A stretch of DNA of 64,000 nt, taken from the NCBI GenBank assembly GCA_044892525.1, contig CM097885.1, positions 23,004,001-23,068,000 on the forward strand. The letters run 5' to 3'. Positions 1-47,819 of this stretch are shown here, one piece after another; position 1 is the stretch's first letter, and every line of letters begins with the position of its first letter. A model generated the notes under the pieces. It was not told the DNA's origin and searched no databases. It worked only from the letters and a program-made list of their open reading frames with translations. The DNA is from Schmidtea polychroa. Taxonomy: Eukaryota. A program made the translations under genes and the position numbers.

Positions 1-27016
<27,016 letters not shown>

Positions 27017-27843
27017 ATTTTCATCATATTTAATTCTTGCAAAAATTAGAAAATAAATTGAACTGTTCATTAAAAATCGTTTTAATTTCTATACAATTTA
27101 TGATTATATACTTATAATATTTTGTTCAAAAACTCATATTTCTATCATTATTTTTTATTGTATACTTTCAATTATATTGTTATAATAATTATAATTTTAC
27201 ATTATATTTTTATTCATTGAATAAATACATTTTAAACCAATAATACTAAACAAAATAATAATAGCATTTGCTTACAGTATTCTCCCGCATATAGCTCGCG
27301 TAAGCAGATGACCCACACCCTCATATATCCAGCCGGTTTTTAAGTTTTGTGTAAAAATAGACCAACATAATAAAATAACCAATACGTATAAAATGTTTGA
27401 TATAACCCACGCCCATATATACCCCGCACCATCCCCCTGCGGGGTATGTAAAATTCGGTATAATCTGCGGGTTATATGCGGAAAAATACTGTAATATTAT
27501 TTCAGGCTATCTTTTTTTAATCATTTAAACTTATTTTCCATATTTGTGGAGAAATATTGCTTTTTTTCATGTTGACTACTGCCAACTCTCATATAACATA
27601 GTGCAAAATATAACGCAATTTGCTTGGATTAACTAATGCGATTGCCGTATAATGCGGTGCGAATTATTTGCCTTATAGGAAAGTTTACTGTATATTAATT
27701 TTAAGGATATAAATTATTAAGATTGCCTGATTCAATGTTGATTTGTAAATGAAAATATAAGTTTTACAGCTTCTGATAATTCTTGATTAACTTTATTAAA
27801 TGTTAACTATCTTGAAATGAAATTTATTCAACTAAGTTAAATG

Positions 27844-28685
27844 TGTTGGGTATTTTGTGCAACTTGGTACCACTGTCTGACTCCTTGGTGTTCTTTTATT
27901 AAGCAAATCAAACAACCCAACACAATAGTATTTATTCACAATTACACTTTTCTTTTATTACACGCCTTAATGAAACAATATCCGCCTACACGACCTTAAA
28001 TAACTCTCTTTGCACACTTTTCAATTTCTTGTGCAGGGATTAATCTTCCAATGGGAGATGTCCCTTCCTGGTACGCTGAATTCAAAACGATTTGGTTACC
28101 ATTAAGTTAAATTCACTTTTGCTCCTTTTCGGTATACTATCGCTTTTCTTCCTTCGACCTACTGCCAAATCTGTTTACTTGCCGGTCGCTTTTATATCCG
28201 TCTCTTAATTTTATTATCTCCTTATCAAATTACTTAGCATACTTTCCCCCGGTCTTCCTCTTGTCGACCTAATTGGTTTTAGGCAATTTATTCATTTTTT
28301 AATAGTCTAGCCCAATTTAATTACTCGTCGGATTATTCGATTGTCTCTAATTAATATGATTGACCACTCGGATTCTCTCACACTGTCTGGAGTTTCCATT
28401 GGCTCGGGTTTTCCATTGGCTTGAGTTTTCTATTAGCTAATTAATTTTTTAATAAATTTTAGTTTTCTGTAATTATTTCTTCCTAGGGACCCCCATTAAC
28501 TTTATTTTTATTATATTTGAAATCGTCTCATTGGTCGGCATCCGCTCATATCGGTTTCCCTAGGAAAATATTCATTTTTAATTTTTTGATTTTAATTTTT
28601 TTTTGTACTTTAAATTATTATTGTAAATTTGATGTTTTTATTGATTTTCACCTTGTTTTTGTGCCTCTCACGTCGAACCCCAACA
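27844..28685. mobile_element. Probable solo LTR (Gypsy-like)
   Basis: TGTTGGG...CCCAACA termini with a 4-bp TSD AATG; related pyrimidine-rich sequence (ccattggctcggg, gacctaattggtttt) at ~25667-26630. Confidence 0.6.
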
Positions 28686-29069
28686 AATGTTTCATAAACT
28701 TCAATAGGTTTACTTGACTTTTGAAAGGTAGAAAGAGGAACGAAAACATTATTTACTTCAAATCTAATATTTATGAATAATATTTATTATAGTAATTTTA
28801 ACATGTTGAATGAAACCTGTAATTTGGGCTTGTCTTCCTTGTTTGACCGTTGTGGTCATTCGTTATTCAAGTTAATATATTTTTAGAATGATTAAAATAA
28901 GGTAAATATTGTCAAAAATATTTTGAGGAAAATAAAAGATTATATTTTAACCATCAGCGGAAAAGGTGCTAAACATGCATATAAATCCATATAATTACAA
29001 AATCTAAAAGATGAAATGTGCACAAGTTTAATTGTAACAGCAAAGACTAATTATTATTATTATTATTAC

Positions 29070-29168
<99 letters not shown>

Positions 29169-30208
29169 GTTCTGATCTGGTGGAATAGATTCTTCCTAGC
29201 ACAGATTATATCTGACTCCAAAAATATATAAAAATATGTGCGTGTAAATATATAAATAATATGATTTAACCAAGACTTGAATACTGAAAGATTTATTAAT
29301 TATGCACAAATGTATACAAAACTGATTAACCCAAAAATTGCCACGGATACTATAAAGGAAAGAATATCGGTTGTACAAACCGTCCTCAGATATAAGAAAC
29401 AAATGCTGGATCTAATTATCTCAGCGCTGTATTTGAAGTCAAGGACAAGATGGATGGATTTCCGGAATTTTTCGCGATCGTCTAGATCGAGATTGATCTA
29501 GCGTTTCCTAATATTTTTTACCCTTTTAATATTTTAAATCCGACGTGTAAGTCAGGCAGAATTGCTGCTTCTCGTGGTCGGGTTGTGCAATTTAATTTAA
29601 GAAATTCAAATATTCTTATGGTTAAGAAGTTCTTCTGTTTTCTTTTCTTTTGACTAAGCTGAAATTGCTTGTACAAAATTGTTATGAATTTACAAATTTC
29701 TGTCTCACTTTATATACTTTTTCCTGAGATGACAGCTGGTTTCATTTTCTCTCAATTCACTCACAATAATACTGAAATCTAGGAACAGCTGGTTTTGTAA
29801 AGCGCTTAAAAATCGATAATGATTAAGCGTTGGAATTATTGTCTCTGGTAATGGCTTTTAAAATCGGTACAGATTAAGCCCAGTACAAAATTATTTTCCG
29901 CCTTAACTAAAAAATTTTCAGCTATTTGTATTATTCGTTATTTTGTAATAATTAATTATAGTAATTATATATTACTATTTATGTATTACTATTTATTTAT
30001 AAATTACTTATTATAGAATTCTACTTGTATTTATTATTTATAGTAATTATTTATTCCAAATATAGTAATTATTTATTTACCTAACCTATTTATAGTAATT
30101 TATTCTAATTTTAGTAATTATTAATTATTTATACTTCTTATTATTGTAATTTATGTCCTAGCCTCTACATGACTATCGAAATTGCTCTTAGAACGAGCCA
30201 AACCCCAA

Positions 30209-30305
<97 letters not shown>

Positions 30306-32063
30306 TCTATACCGTAAAACTATTGCTATAATATATAACCTAGATGGTTTATTAAAGATTATTTGATTATAAAATATAAAATATTTATAGAAAATATTTA
30401 AGCAAGAAAAACATAGTCATTTCAAATTTTTTATTAAATCTCTAATCAAAACGTTGGCTTTTACAGAAACTTTCAGCAATAAGGACAATATGAACATTAT
30501 GAAAGTGAAAATTATTAAAAATCATTATAATGTAGCCAACTAGAGGAAATTAAGCAAAAAAATCGTGTAGAAAAATATGATTTTCTTAAGTTGTGTTAAG
30601 AACTCTAGCAGAAAAATGTTACTTGGTCTATGCGATGAAGAAATAACCAGGAAAATAGGTTGCAATTTGACGGAAAATACTGATATAAAATCTCAGACAT
30701 CTCTTATTATTAAATGGGGTAATAATAATAACGACTAGAACGAGGAGTATCCAAGGTTCTAGCTGAGAGAGGATTTGCTGGAGGTCAGTCTTTTATTTCT
30801 AGATCTTTAAAGAATCTTGATATTACAAGATAGAGATTGTTTAAAGTCCTTAATATGCGAAAATAAGACAATTTGTCCACAAATCTTTGGATTTTTGAGA
30901 GAAATAAAATTTCATGAAAATGATATTTGGTGTTTTGTATCGACAATTTCAAAAGATCTATTTTGCCAATAATCTACATAATAGTTTAGAAAATATTTTT
31001 GATTGTTTTTTTATTTCTTTACAAAGTTTTAATAAAACAGATTGAAAAGTAAATATTTTCAAAATTTCGAGTTCTTATAAGACACAAAATATTTTTCAAA
31101 AAATCTTTAAATTCAAAATGAAATTCTCTATAAAATTTATTAGAAGTTATTGAGTTTCAAAGTTTATTTTAATTTTAAATGATAAAATCAAAATATCTAT
31201 ATATTTTAAGCACATTGAACTCAGCACAAAGTTTGTCGAAAAATGATATAAATAGTGCATATGTATTGCATCTAAATCGCATGTCTGTTATACATTGCTA
31301 TTAATAGAATATGTATGTATGTAAGAGTGTATGTGTGTATTCAATCAGAGTTCACATGTCTATTGAATTTGAATTGTATGTTACTATTTATAGTGCGAAG
31401 GGATATATTGGAATCACAATTCGGTGAACCAAGTATAATCAGTAATCAGTTTACTTGGTGGTCATATACAACATGGAGTTAGAGCAGTGTTTCCTGACCT
31501 TCTTTATACCTTGCCCACCGTAGTGTTTTCAAAAGTCATATGGCCCACCGGCCACTTTGAAGTAGCTGTCAAACTTCGATGATCAGTATTGTAAGTATAT
31601 AACGGTCGATGAAATTGCTGTATGCACGTTGCTATATTTAGTCGTGAATGAGCATATTATATTAAAAAATATATATTTGGAATAGTTGATAATTACTTAC
31701 ATGTCCAATCTCTGAAGCGCGGTGCTCCACCTCTTAGGCGTAATGCCCCACCGTGGTAAACACTGAATTAAAGTCTTCAAGTATTAAATAAACTTGTCAA
31801 ATAATTGCGCATAATTAACACACACAGATCTTTCAGCCAATCAGTAATTTCATCCAATAATGGACCAGATAAATGAAATCTATTGGATAAATTCAAGTCA
31901 CTGTAAAATACAACAAACCGTGAAACAATGCGATTTGCAATTAGAATAATAAATTAATCGATAAATTAATTTTCTCAAAAATTATTAGTAAACTTTTTCA
32001 TCCAATCAAAATTTGGTCATAAAAACAAATAATTTAGAAACATAATATTGGAAGTGAAGAAAA

Positions 32064-38432
<6,369 letters not shown>

Positions 38433-39753
38433 CACGAAGTTAATAATACTATTGTCGAGGAAATGAAGAGATAATATGGATGAGCATTAGGAATGTTTTT
38501 AAAAATATCTAAAAAAATTAGTTTGACCAAAAATTTCCAAATATAAAATATTATGGGATATTAAATGAAAAATGACACAGGAATCTTAAAAAATTACTTT
38601 GAATATATTCTCTCAATTTCGCCTGTTCCCTATAGAAGAATTGAAATATTTTATTAAAATAATTTCATTTAACCTTTAATACTTAATATCTCTAAAGGTG
38701 ATGTTAAGGATACCTAAATAATAAAATCCAATAATTGTTAAATGAATAAAATGATCATGGAGGTAATGTATGAAATTAAGGATAAGTTGTTCCGATATTC
38801 TGAGAAGCAAAAAGTGATAAAAAGTAAATAGGAAATGAGAAAAAAATAACAGAGCCAATAAAATATAATCAATAAACTACGACAATGTCACCTTTAATCG
38901 CCCTTAAAAGGGAAAAACGTAAAACCAAACACCAATACAAAATTGAAATTAAATTACCATATATCGATAACCTGTATGAGATAAAGAAAAAGGATCACCG
39001 GAGAAACTGAGAGATGGCGTTTCCTAAAAATTGTATATCTCGACAGCTGTCATAGATCATAGAAGAACTGGAGATGACCGAAGGTAATGCACTGGAGGAA
39101 GGAATCTAAACTAAAGTCAATATCAGCAATTTTCATTAGATTGCAGACTATAAAAAGAAATACAACTTGAATCAAAACAACAGAAGTTATAAAGAAAAAA
39201 AGAAAACTGAATTTAAACGAAACAAAAGGTGAATTACGAAGTTATCAGCGAAGCGATTTTAAACAAATTAAAGTTATCGAGTAGATTCAAGTTGAGGCTA
39301 AGGAAGTAACTAGGTCGAATCTACCGATTATCGAAACCTGAAATAATAGCTTGTATTTTAAGTTATATTCTAATTTATATTTTAAAGTTATATTTTACTA
39401 ATGTTTTACAAAAAGCAGACTACAAAAGATATTAGATAAATACAACAAGGTTTTTAAATTACAATAAAAAATGACGTCATTTGGTTGAAGGCAAGTATAA
39501 CATTGCGCTGTCGCTGCAAGATGATTACGGTTTCAAACTGGTTTGAGGAGTTAGGAGATTTATAATTGTTGTCCAGATTTTTAGTTGACGTGGAACAGTA
39601 GACTTAGTGTAGATTACGTAACTTATTTTTTTCTTTACCAATTTGGTCTTTTGTATTATTAGAAGATTATTGCTTTAAAGAGTTTGTATTTTTGTTTCTA
39701 AAATTTGGCGTCCTGGGCGGCTGCATATATTGCCTATACCAGCACCCGGTGCC

Positions 39754-39803
<50 letters not shown>

Positions 39804-40267
39804 CATGCCTCATTCATCCATATATATATATTTTAGTAACTTTCTTTAATTGTAACTGATCTTTTCGATAATAATTCCAAATATCAAAATTTTAAATAAA
39901 GAAATAATAAAAAATTCCTTCTGGTAAATGGATGATAGTGCCAGCATCCCTAAAAAGAGCACTGACGAAGATTTAACACCCCATATTTATTATGTCGATA
40001 TTTTTTCATTAATAAATTTTTGACCTCATTAATAGAGCATACAACTGATTAGAACATAAATAAAATATATTTGATAAAAACTTTAAATAAGATTAAATTT
40101 AAAAAATATATTTATTTTATCCTTTGATGAACCGCCTTAGAATCCTCCGGTGGTAGATTATAGGGAGAAAACTTCTGGAATGTAGGACAGTTAATAAACT
40201 TAAGATTTATAGGAAATAATTTTATTCATTCTTTAAAGCTTTATATTATTTAAATTAAATTATTTAA

Positions 40268-40339
40268 CCGTTTGCGGACGGTAGGCCAGCAGTGCTGGCC
40301 CTAAATGGCTTATACGATATTAATTCCGTCCGCAAACGG
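40268..40339. mobile_element. 72-bp piggyBac-like micro-MITE
   Basis: TTAA-CCGTTTGCGGACGG ... CCGTCCGCAAACGG-TTAA. Confidence 0.7.
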
Positions 40340-42954
40340 TTAATATTATTCATATTGTTGTTTTCCATATTAAAATGTGTAAGTAAATTTTATTACTTCT
40401 TTTGAATTCTAATTATTTGTATAAAGGTGATAATTTAATGGTCACCCTCGACCGGAGGGAGATAAACTCACGGTAGTCCTCTCTATTGTTTTACCTCTTA
40501 CCCTACGCTGTCCTGTGAATAGTTCCATATTTGGTACATATCAATTCTGTAGTTAATGCCAATTATAAAATCATCAAAATTCGTGCTGTACAATATTTAT
40601 GTTGATATTTCATAATAAGTAAGAAGATATGGAGAATATTTCTGGCAATCAATTAATACTTTATAATTTAAGATTTTTATTTCTTTCACAAATAAAAATG
40701 GATGTTGTAGGTGTTATGAGTGATCTTATTTATGTTTATTATATTATATATACTCAAAGCTAGATGTTATGTGCTAGTTCTATATGTAGTTACTATGTAT
40801 TATTAATGTTTTTGTAGAATATTGTAGAACTCAAAAGAGTTTCCGTTAAAAGAACTGTATTGGGACAGCTGGGGTGCTTGTATGTTGATCTTTTAGTAAA
40901 ACATAAATTACAAATTATTATAAAATATGAAAAATTAATTTATCTTTAACAAAGTTTGTTTATTATAAAATATAACAACCTTCAATTTGGGAAGTTGAAG
41001 ATTTTGATATAGGATCTCTTTGGGTGAATGTTATTATTGCGATATTACAGGAAATTTTGATAATTAGTGTTGGAATTTTCTGAGAATTAATCGAATAATA
41101 ATAGAATCTGTTTTGGACTGATGCCCTTTCTTGGATTTTCTTTTATTTCTTATATTTCTAATCGAATATGACTTTTTTAAATATTCCGTAATTTAGGAGA
41201 TTTTAGATAGTTTTTTAATTTTTAATTTAATTTTTTTATTTGTTGATTATTCCATAACGATAATTTGCTATAGTTAATTATCGCTATATTTTTTTATACG
41301 CCGTACGCGATAACAAAAATAACCATTCATTATAAATCTTAAACACAAATAAAAAAATATAACACTACACTACAGTATATTATGTTATTACAATATGTTG
41401 GACGCAATTAAATTCAAATATTCTTCCAACATTTATTTATTAATTAGTAATTAACTAATTATATTTGTGATCAATAATTACTACGTCTCAGTTGTTTAAA
41501 TTCTCTTGTATTTTCTAAAAATTTAAACAATTAAGGCGTGGTAATTATTGATATTGATGTAATTATTGATCACAAATATAATTACTTGATTTAAAATAAT
41601 TTAATATAATTTAATATCAATTTTAATATACAAATCAACACAAATAGTTTTTTCAACTAGCTGATCACACTTATTACTTTTAAACTATATTATTTTTAAT
41701 AAAGAGTTTTGAAACTCGTTACGCAATATAAACTCAATTTTAAGGAAGATGAGAATAAAAGTAGTTAACCATATAGTCCAGATTATTTTAAAAATTTAAA
41801 GACACAATTTCGAAAGATGTGGTACAAATTATTCGACTTAACACTTGTCAAAGTTATTATTACCTTCTATTGCTAATTTTCAATGTATAAAAATATACTA
41901 ATTCAAAATATGTTAAAGTTTATAAATGACCTTAAACAAAACCTTTAGGATAAAAGGTTTGGAACAAATATTTTATCAGATCGTGTTTTGACACTGCCCA
42001 GTAATTTGCAATACGCTACAATTAATAATATCAGTAAAATCCTGTATGTTTTGTTAACCATTGATCTGTTTTTACTTTCGTTTAACATTTCATTTATTTT
42101 TATAGTAGTGAATAGTAAGGACTCCAGGACACTTTCAAGGTCATCCCAATGTCCAGATCAAATATAGGTCAATCGAATCATTTTTTTTTAATTAACATTT
42201 TATTTAATTACTTCTTTTTAATTTTTTTTTTTTTTTTTTTTTTTTTTCATTTTAATTTTATTAATTAATTATTTTATTATGTTTTATTTTAATTTATTAC
42301 ATTTAATTAATTTATTTAGTTTATTAATATTTTATTTTAATTACTTACGCTATTTAATTATTATTATTATTATTATTATTTTTTTTTTTTTTATTTTATT
42401 TTTTTTTTTTAATTAATTTATTTATTTTTTAATTTTATTTAATTACTTCTATTTATTTTTTTTTTCTTTTTAATTTTCTTAATTAATTATTTTATTATGC
42501 TTTTATTTTAGTATTATTTTATTATTTTATTATTTTATTTATTATTATTATTTTTTTTTTTTTTTTTTTTTTTTTTATTTTTTATTTTATTTTTTATTTT
42601 TTTTTTTTTTAATTTTACATTTACATTATATTCTAACAAGAGGTAAATTATAACGATAATATTTCAATTTGAATAAAATTTTAATTAGTAATTATTCAAT
42701 TTGAATAAATTTTAATTAGAAATTATTTAATTTATTATAAAATAAAACGCTGAGTTAATTTTAGATAAACTGGATATTAATATTTCGGAAAAAATAAATA
42801 AATAAATAAAATAAACACAAAAATAATATTTCTTACTTGAAACTAATTATCTAAATTAATTGGACAAATGAATAATTAAATGATAAAACACATTTTAATT
42901 AACTAAGTCAAACAATTCACAATATATATTTTATTATTCACATAAATTTAATTG

Positions 42955-45900
42955 TTAAAGTGCTTGTTTCGATTTGCATTCATTTCTAGACATAGCAGTT
43001 GCAATATGCATTTGGCGAATCTTATAGTGACCGTAGGCATAACTTTCATTACAATTGTACCAATACCTTTTATCGTCCAAACATTGGAGAGCTCGTTTTT
43101 CTGTCATGAAAGTATACAACTGATGATTGACACTTCCTATTCTTTTTTGTGGGATGCTCACTGTTCCACCATCAGTATACACTTTTTTATAGGCTTCATG
43201 TGTAAGATTAGAGTTTGTAAGTCTTATTCCTTTGGCTTTTAGAGTGTTTTTATCGCCTTGGAGTGAGTAGCACTTGGGTCGAAGAAACACCCATTCTTTA
43301 TATTGATTTCCTTTATTCTCATCCTTGAATTTCCCGATTACCGAACAAATTTTATCTGAGAACAATGGATCAGTCACTGGATAATTTGAAGTATCTAGGA
43401 GCCCATCGGCAATCATTTTTGGATATAGTTGTAAGCGTAAATCTACATTTTTACACTCTAAAAAGAAGGAATCTGTGTCACCGGCTACGATATTAATTTG
43501 ACAATTGAATTCTTCTCTATAACTCTGTAGTTCTTTATATTGAAACTGGTACATGCGAAGTTTGGATAAATCAAGTACGGTTTGTCCAATATACATTGGT
43601 CTATCTAAACACACAATTTCCTTATTGAGTATAACAGCAATGAGATCATCCGCAATCTTGATGCTACGACGAAACATAGGATTACTACAATAAGTTATCA
43701 ATCTTTTGCTTTTGCTGCATAATCTCAAATTTATACGTTTCTTCAAGTTTTCCACAGTTTTACCGTATAAACTGTTGTTCTTTAACTTATAATAATCTCG
43801 CTGAAACGAATCTGTACTAGCTGCTCTCATTTTGGTATTGTAATCAATATAACCTTTGAAAATAGCCACTTGCTTGAATTCTACAGCACGATTAACTTTT
43901 GTGACTTTTGCGCCGTAACTCAACCACTCTGTCAAAACTCTACCATTAACTACATAGTTTTTCTTAGGCTCATGAGTTAACAACAGCTTTTCAACTTTAC
44001 TACCAGGTGGATAACAAAGCTCAGGAGCTATAGGTAAATCATCTAGTTTACCTTGTATACTATCAGGAATGACGATGTCAACCTCTAGAACATATCCAAG
44101 ATCTCCATCAAACTTATCCCCATTTGCACATCTTTCAACAATACCATTCATTTCAGTCTGATCATTTATCCATCTAAATTCACCAACAGGAAGTTTTTGC
44201 GACAGCGCCCATCCATATAAATTATTAACATCTAGGTATGACATTTGTGTTGATTCATCAGCTTCAACATGATGTTTGTTGATAAATGTCATTCCACCAC
44301 GAATACCAGCTTCAAATAAACGGTAAAGCTCTGGATCTTGAATAAGTTCTACTGGTTCAGGTAACTGTTTAATAGCTGATGCCCAACTTAATCCGGGTAT
44401 GGAAACAAACGATAGAGCCTCAAGTCCATCTTCGTCAAATGTTTTTTCTCTGAAAGCTTCAAAAACATCGGCCAACAGAAAAACATCCAACTTGAGATAT
44501 ACTAGCATGTAATCTAGCAGTGTCTCACAGTTGTATTGTCGCCAGATTCGATTTGCATGTATATAATCTTCTTGACTAACTCCCTCCCAAATCGGTGGTA
44601 ATTCTGTTATTGACTGTAAAACATCCATTGATGTAGCCATATCATAAGGAAATATGCCTTTACCAGTTATTAAATGCGAATTGAAAATCTTTGAAGTAAG
44701 TGGAAGACGTGGCAAGTTTTTTGATAAATTTGCCAAGCTGCTATTTAAAAATTGTAAAGAATCAATGAATCTAATTCTTCTGCCTTTCGATGTCGCTGTA
44801 AGTGTGAGAAACTTTTCTGTTGATTGAGGAATAACAATTAAATTCCAATCGGGGAATTTTCCAATTGCATATTTTAATATATGATGAATGTCATATCCAC
44901 GAAGATTATGAAATACAACAGGTAAAGACGGATTGATTCTTCTAGCCAAATTACAATCTTGACACGCTGCTCCGAGATATTGACCAGTAAAATGATCATG
45001 ATCTCGAACAGGTATATTGATAATCTTTTTACAAAGGTAGCAATGAGTTTGAGTCGTGAATTCTTCCTGCTGTTCCCAAGTGAGTTCCATCATTTCCTTT
45101 GATCCATTAATTTTATACCACGGATAAACTATGTCTGTAGCTATATCATCCAATGCTTGTATGAACTGAATGATACAGTTTTTCCCAACAAATGTTTCAT
45201 TTCGGATCGGACAACCTTGATGAAGAAGCACAAATTCAGATGCAATCGGCTCATGTTTTTGGAAGTGTTTGTCATCTAGAGGTAATATCGATTCAAAGTC
45301 CGCGTAGACAACAAACTGCTGTTTTATAGTTTTACTCCAGTCTTTAAATTCGATATATTTATTCTCTGGCATTGAGTATAGAGTCGTACGCTCCACATTC
45401 TTCCTACAAAGACCTATATGTCTTTCAAAAGCAGGACGTTTTTGAAACCCATGAAGACATGTATGACACCAATGTGATTGGATTCTGACTCCTTCTACTC
45501 TATCTCTGTAATTCAGCAGTCGATCGAGATTAGTTACAGCCAAAAAATGATAATTTAATTCTAAAATTTAGTTAATATTTTTAATGATTAAAAGAAATAT
45601 TACCTTCTTCAATCAATAGGAGATATATCCGAGATCCCGTCGAAGTACTTCTATATACCAAGTCAACGAACGGATTCTTGAAAATATCATTAGTTTTTTG
45701 TTTAATTGGATCTTTATTATATTTGAGAACATTGATCGCTAGATTTGGATTCATTGCTTCAAATTGGCAAATGTTAACCAACTTCATCGGAAACCATTCA
45801 AATTTCCATTTTAAGTCTTAAAAACAAATTTCAATGATATATGACATTATATATATATATATTACCACTTAAATTATATTTCATTACTCTTTCTCTGTGA

Positions 45901-46938
45901 TGTTTTATGTCATCATAATGTAATACGGCCAGTATGCTATATAAAAAGCAGAATTGATCATTATTTTGAACATTAACTAAAGCCTGACAGTTTTTCAGGT
46001 AATTTGGCGTTTTAATGTAACTTGAACCTAAGTAAATATCTTGATTTATATATATAATAATGTAAATAAACTTACCAGATACATGTATTATGTCTGATAA
46101 TTTAGTTAAAATCATAGTAACTTCTAATATTTTATGAATTCTCCACCCACTACTTTGTTGAGTGTATTTTTCCAACTTTTCTTTTAATTTTTCAATTCCA
46201 TCATTAATAAATGAAGATGACATTGTAATTGCTTTATTCGACAAACACCATTTTTTAATTTCACCATCCTCTTTGATAAACTCTGCACAAAGTCCAAATT
46301 GGATTTTTACTGTACCCATTCGTTGAATATGATCTTCTATTTCTTTGATGAGACAATCTGGAACAACAATGTCAGGAGAATTAATTGCAGATACATCGCT
46401 TGTCAATTCAACACGAGAACCATTTAAGTCAGACTCCCGACGTGGACACAATTGTATGTTAGAGTCTCCATTTCCGTAAAATATTGACTTTCGTTTTGTG
46501 GTGCCAGAGTTTTGTCTAACTATATTTATAATTAATATTAAACAACTTAAATAACATAACTTGTAACATATTCTTTAATCTGCTTAGGATCGTATGATGT
46601 ATTCATTTTCGATTGTACTATAAAAAATTAATAATTGTTAATAGTAGAAAGAGTATTACTTTTAGTGATCATCCTGCTCTTCGTTTCTTCGAATCTTCTA
46701 AGATGGTGTCCGTGTTGTCGTACAAACATTAACCACCTACCTGGTGATATAATGAGACATTCCGGACATATGTAACCCGATAAGGTAGAGTCATTTATCT
46801 TGAAATATGATGATGTAACTGATTTACAGTTCTCCACATCTTCATGACTTTCGGCAATACAAAATTTATATAAACTGCATCCGTTCACTAAAAGAAAATA
46901 ATCATTAATATTAGATAGAGAATAAAAATTTATTCACT
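42955..46938 (-). CDS. polB: Protein-primed family-B DNA polymerase, left copy, spliced (predicted 1236 aa)
   Basis: Mirror of the right copy; exons 46938, 46887-46660, 46617-46561, 46519-46076, 46027-45866, 45816-45604, 45560-42955. One amino-acid difference seen (IQGKL versus IQDKL). Confidence 0.9.
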
Positions 46939-47374
46939 TATATAAGTTAAATTAAAAGTTTAAATGACAAACATTTGAAAAGTTACTGCTTATATATTAC
47001 ACATGATTACATTCTGACCAATCAAAATCAAGGAAGGAGTAGGAAAAATAAATGCATTACGTTGCAGTATTTTAAAACTTAAATTTTAAAACACATTTTA
47101 ATGATAAAGTTGACATTCGACATTTTCATAATAATTTAATAAAAAATAATGCGATGAACCCACAAAGTAATATCATTTTTCATCAAATTGCAAAACAGTA
47201 ATAACGTTTTCATAAATTGTAACAAAGTAATAACATATTTCAGATAAATTTTCAACAGTTGTAAAATATTTAAGCAAATTGTAACAAGATTAGAAAATAT
47301 TACAACAAAGTAGTAACATATTTCAGAAAATTTCAACAAAGTTGTAAAATATTTATCAAATTGTAACTAAAATA

Positions 47375-47800
47375 ATAAAAATATTGCAACAAAGTAATAA
47401 AATAATGATGTTAATTGGGACAAATCAATACATTATTTCGAAGACGGACAACAAATTAAAAAGAATATTGTAATAAATTGTGAAGTCTTTCAGTAAATTA
47501 CAACAAAGTAATAACATATTTCGGAAATATTTCACCAGATGTAAAATATTTAAGCAAATTGTTATAAGATTATAAAAATATTGCAACAAAGTAATAAAAT
47601 AATGATGTTAATTGGGACAAATCAATACATTATTTCGAAGACGGACAACAAATTAAAAAGAATATTGTAATAAATTGTGAAGTCTTTCAGTAAATTACAA
47701 CAAAGTAATAACATATTTCGGAAATATTTCACCAGATGTAAAATATTTAAGCAAATTGTTATAAGATTATAAAAATATTGCAACAAAGTAATAAAATAAT
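47375..47800. repeat. 197-bp tandem duplication built on AACAAAGTAATAA subrepeats (mirrored at ~49200-49630)
   Basis: gatgttaattgggac occurs at 47407 and 47604; degenerate subrepeats extend to ~47160. Confidence 0.85.
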
Positions 47801-47819
47801 ACAACATTTTAAACTCTAG

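Noticed and set aside
39928..41130. Scattered exon-like segments upstream of the element
   Set aside because: Could not be assembled into a consistent frame or assigned to a protein family.
41457..41583. AT-rich imperfect hairpin about 500 bp left of the element
   Set aside because: Outside the TSD and not mirrored on the right; probably an unrelated MITE relic.
42952..43242. 96-aa antisense ORF at the polB 3' end (mirror 53805-54095)
   Set aside because: Shadow ORF with a non-ATG start and no motif.
45581..46888. 86-, 206- and 68-aa ORFs (and their mirrors) as separate genes or a frameshifted pseudogene
   Set aside because: They join in frame to polB through canonical short introns.
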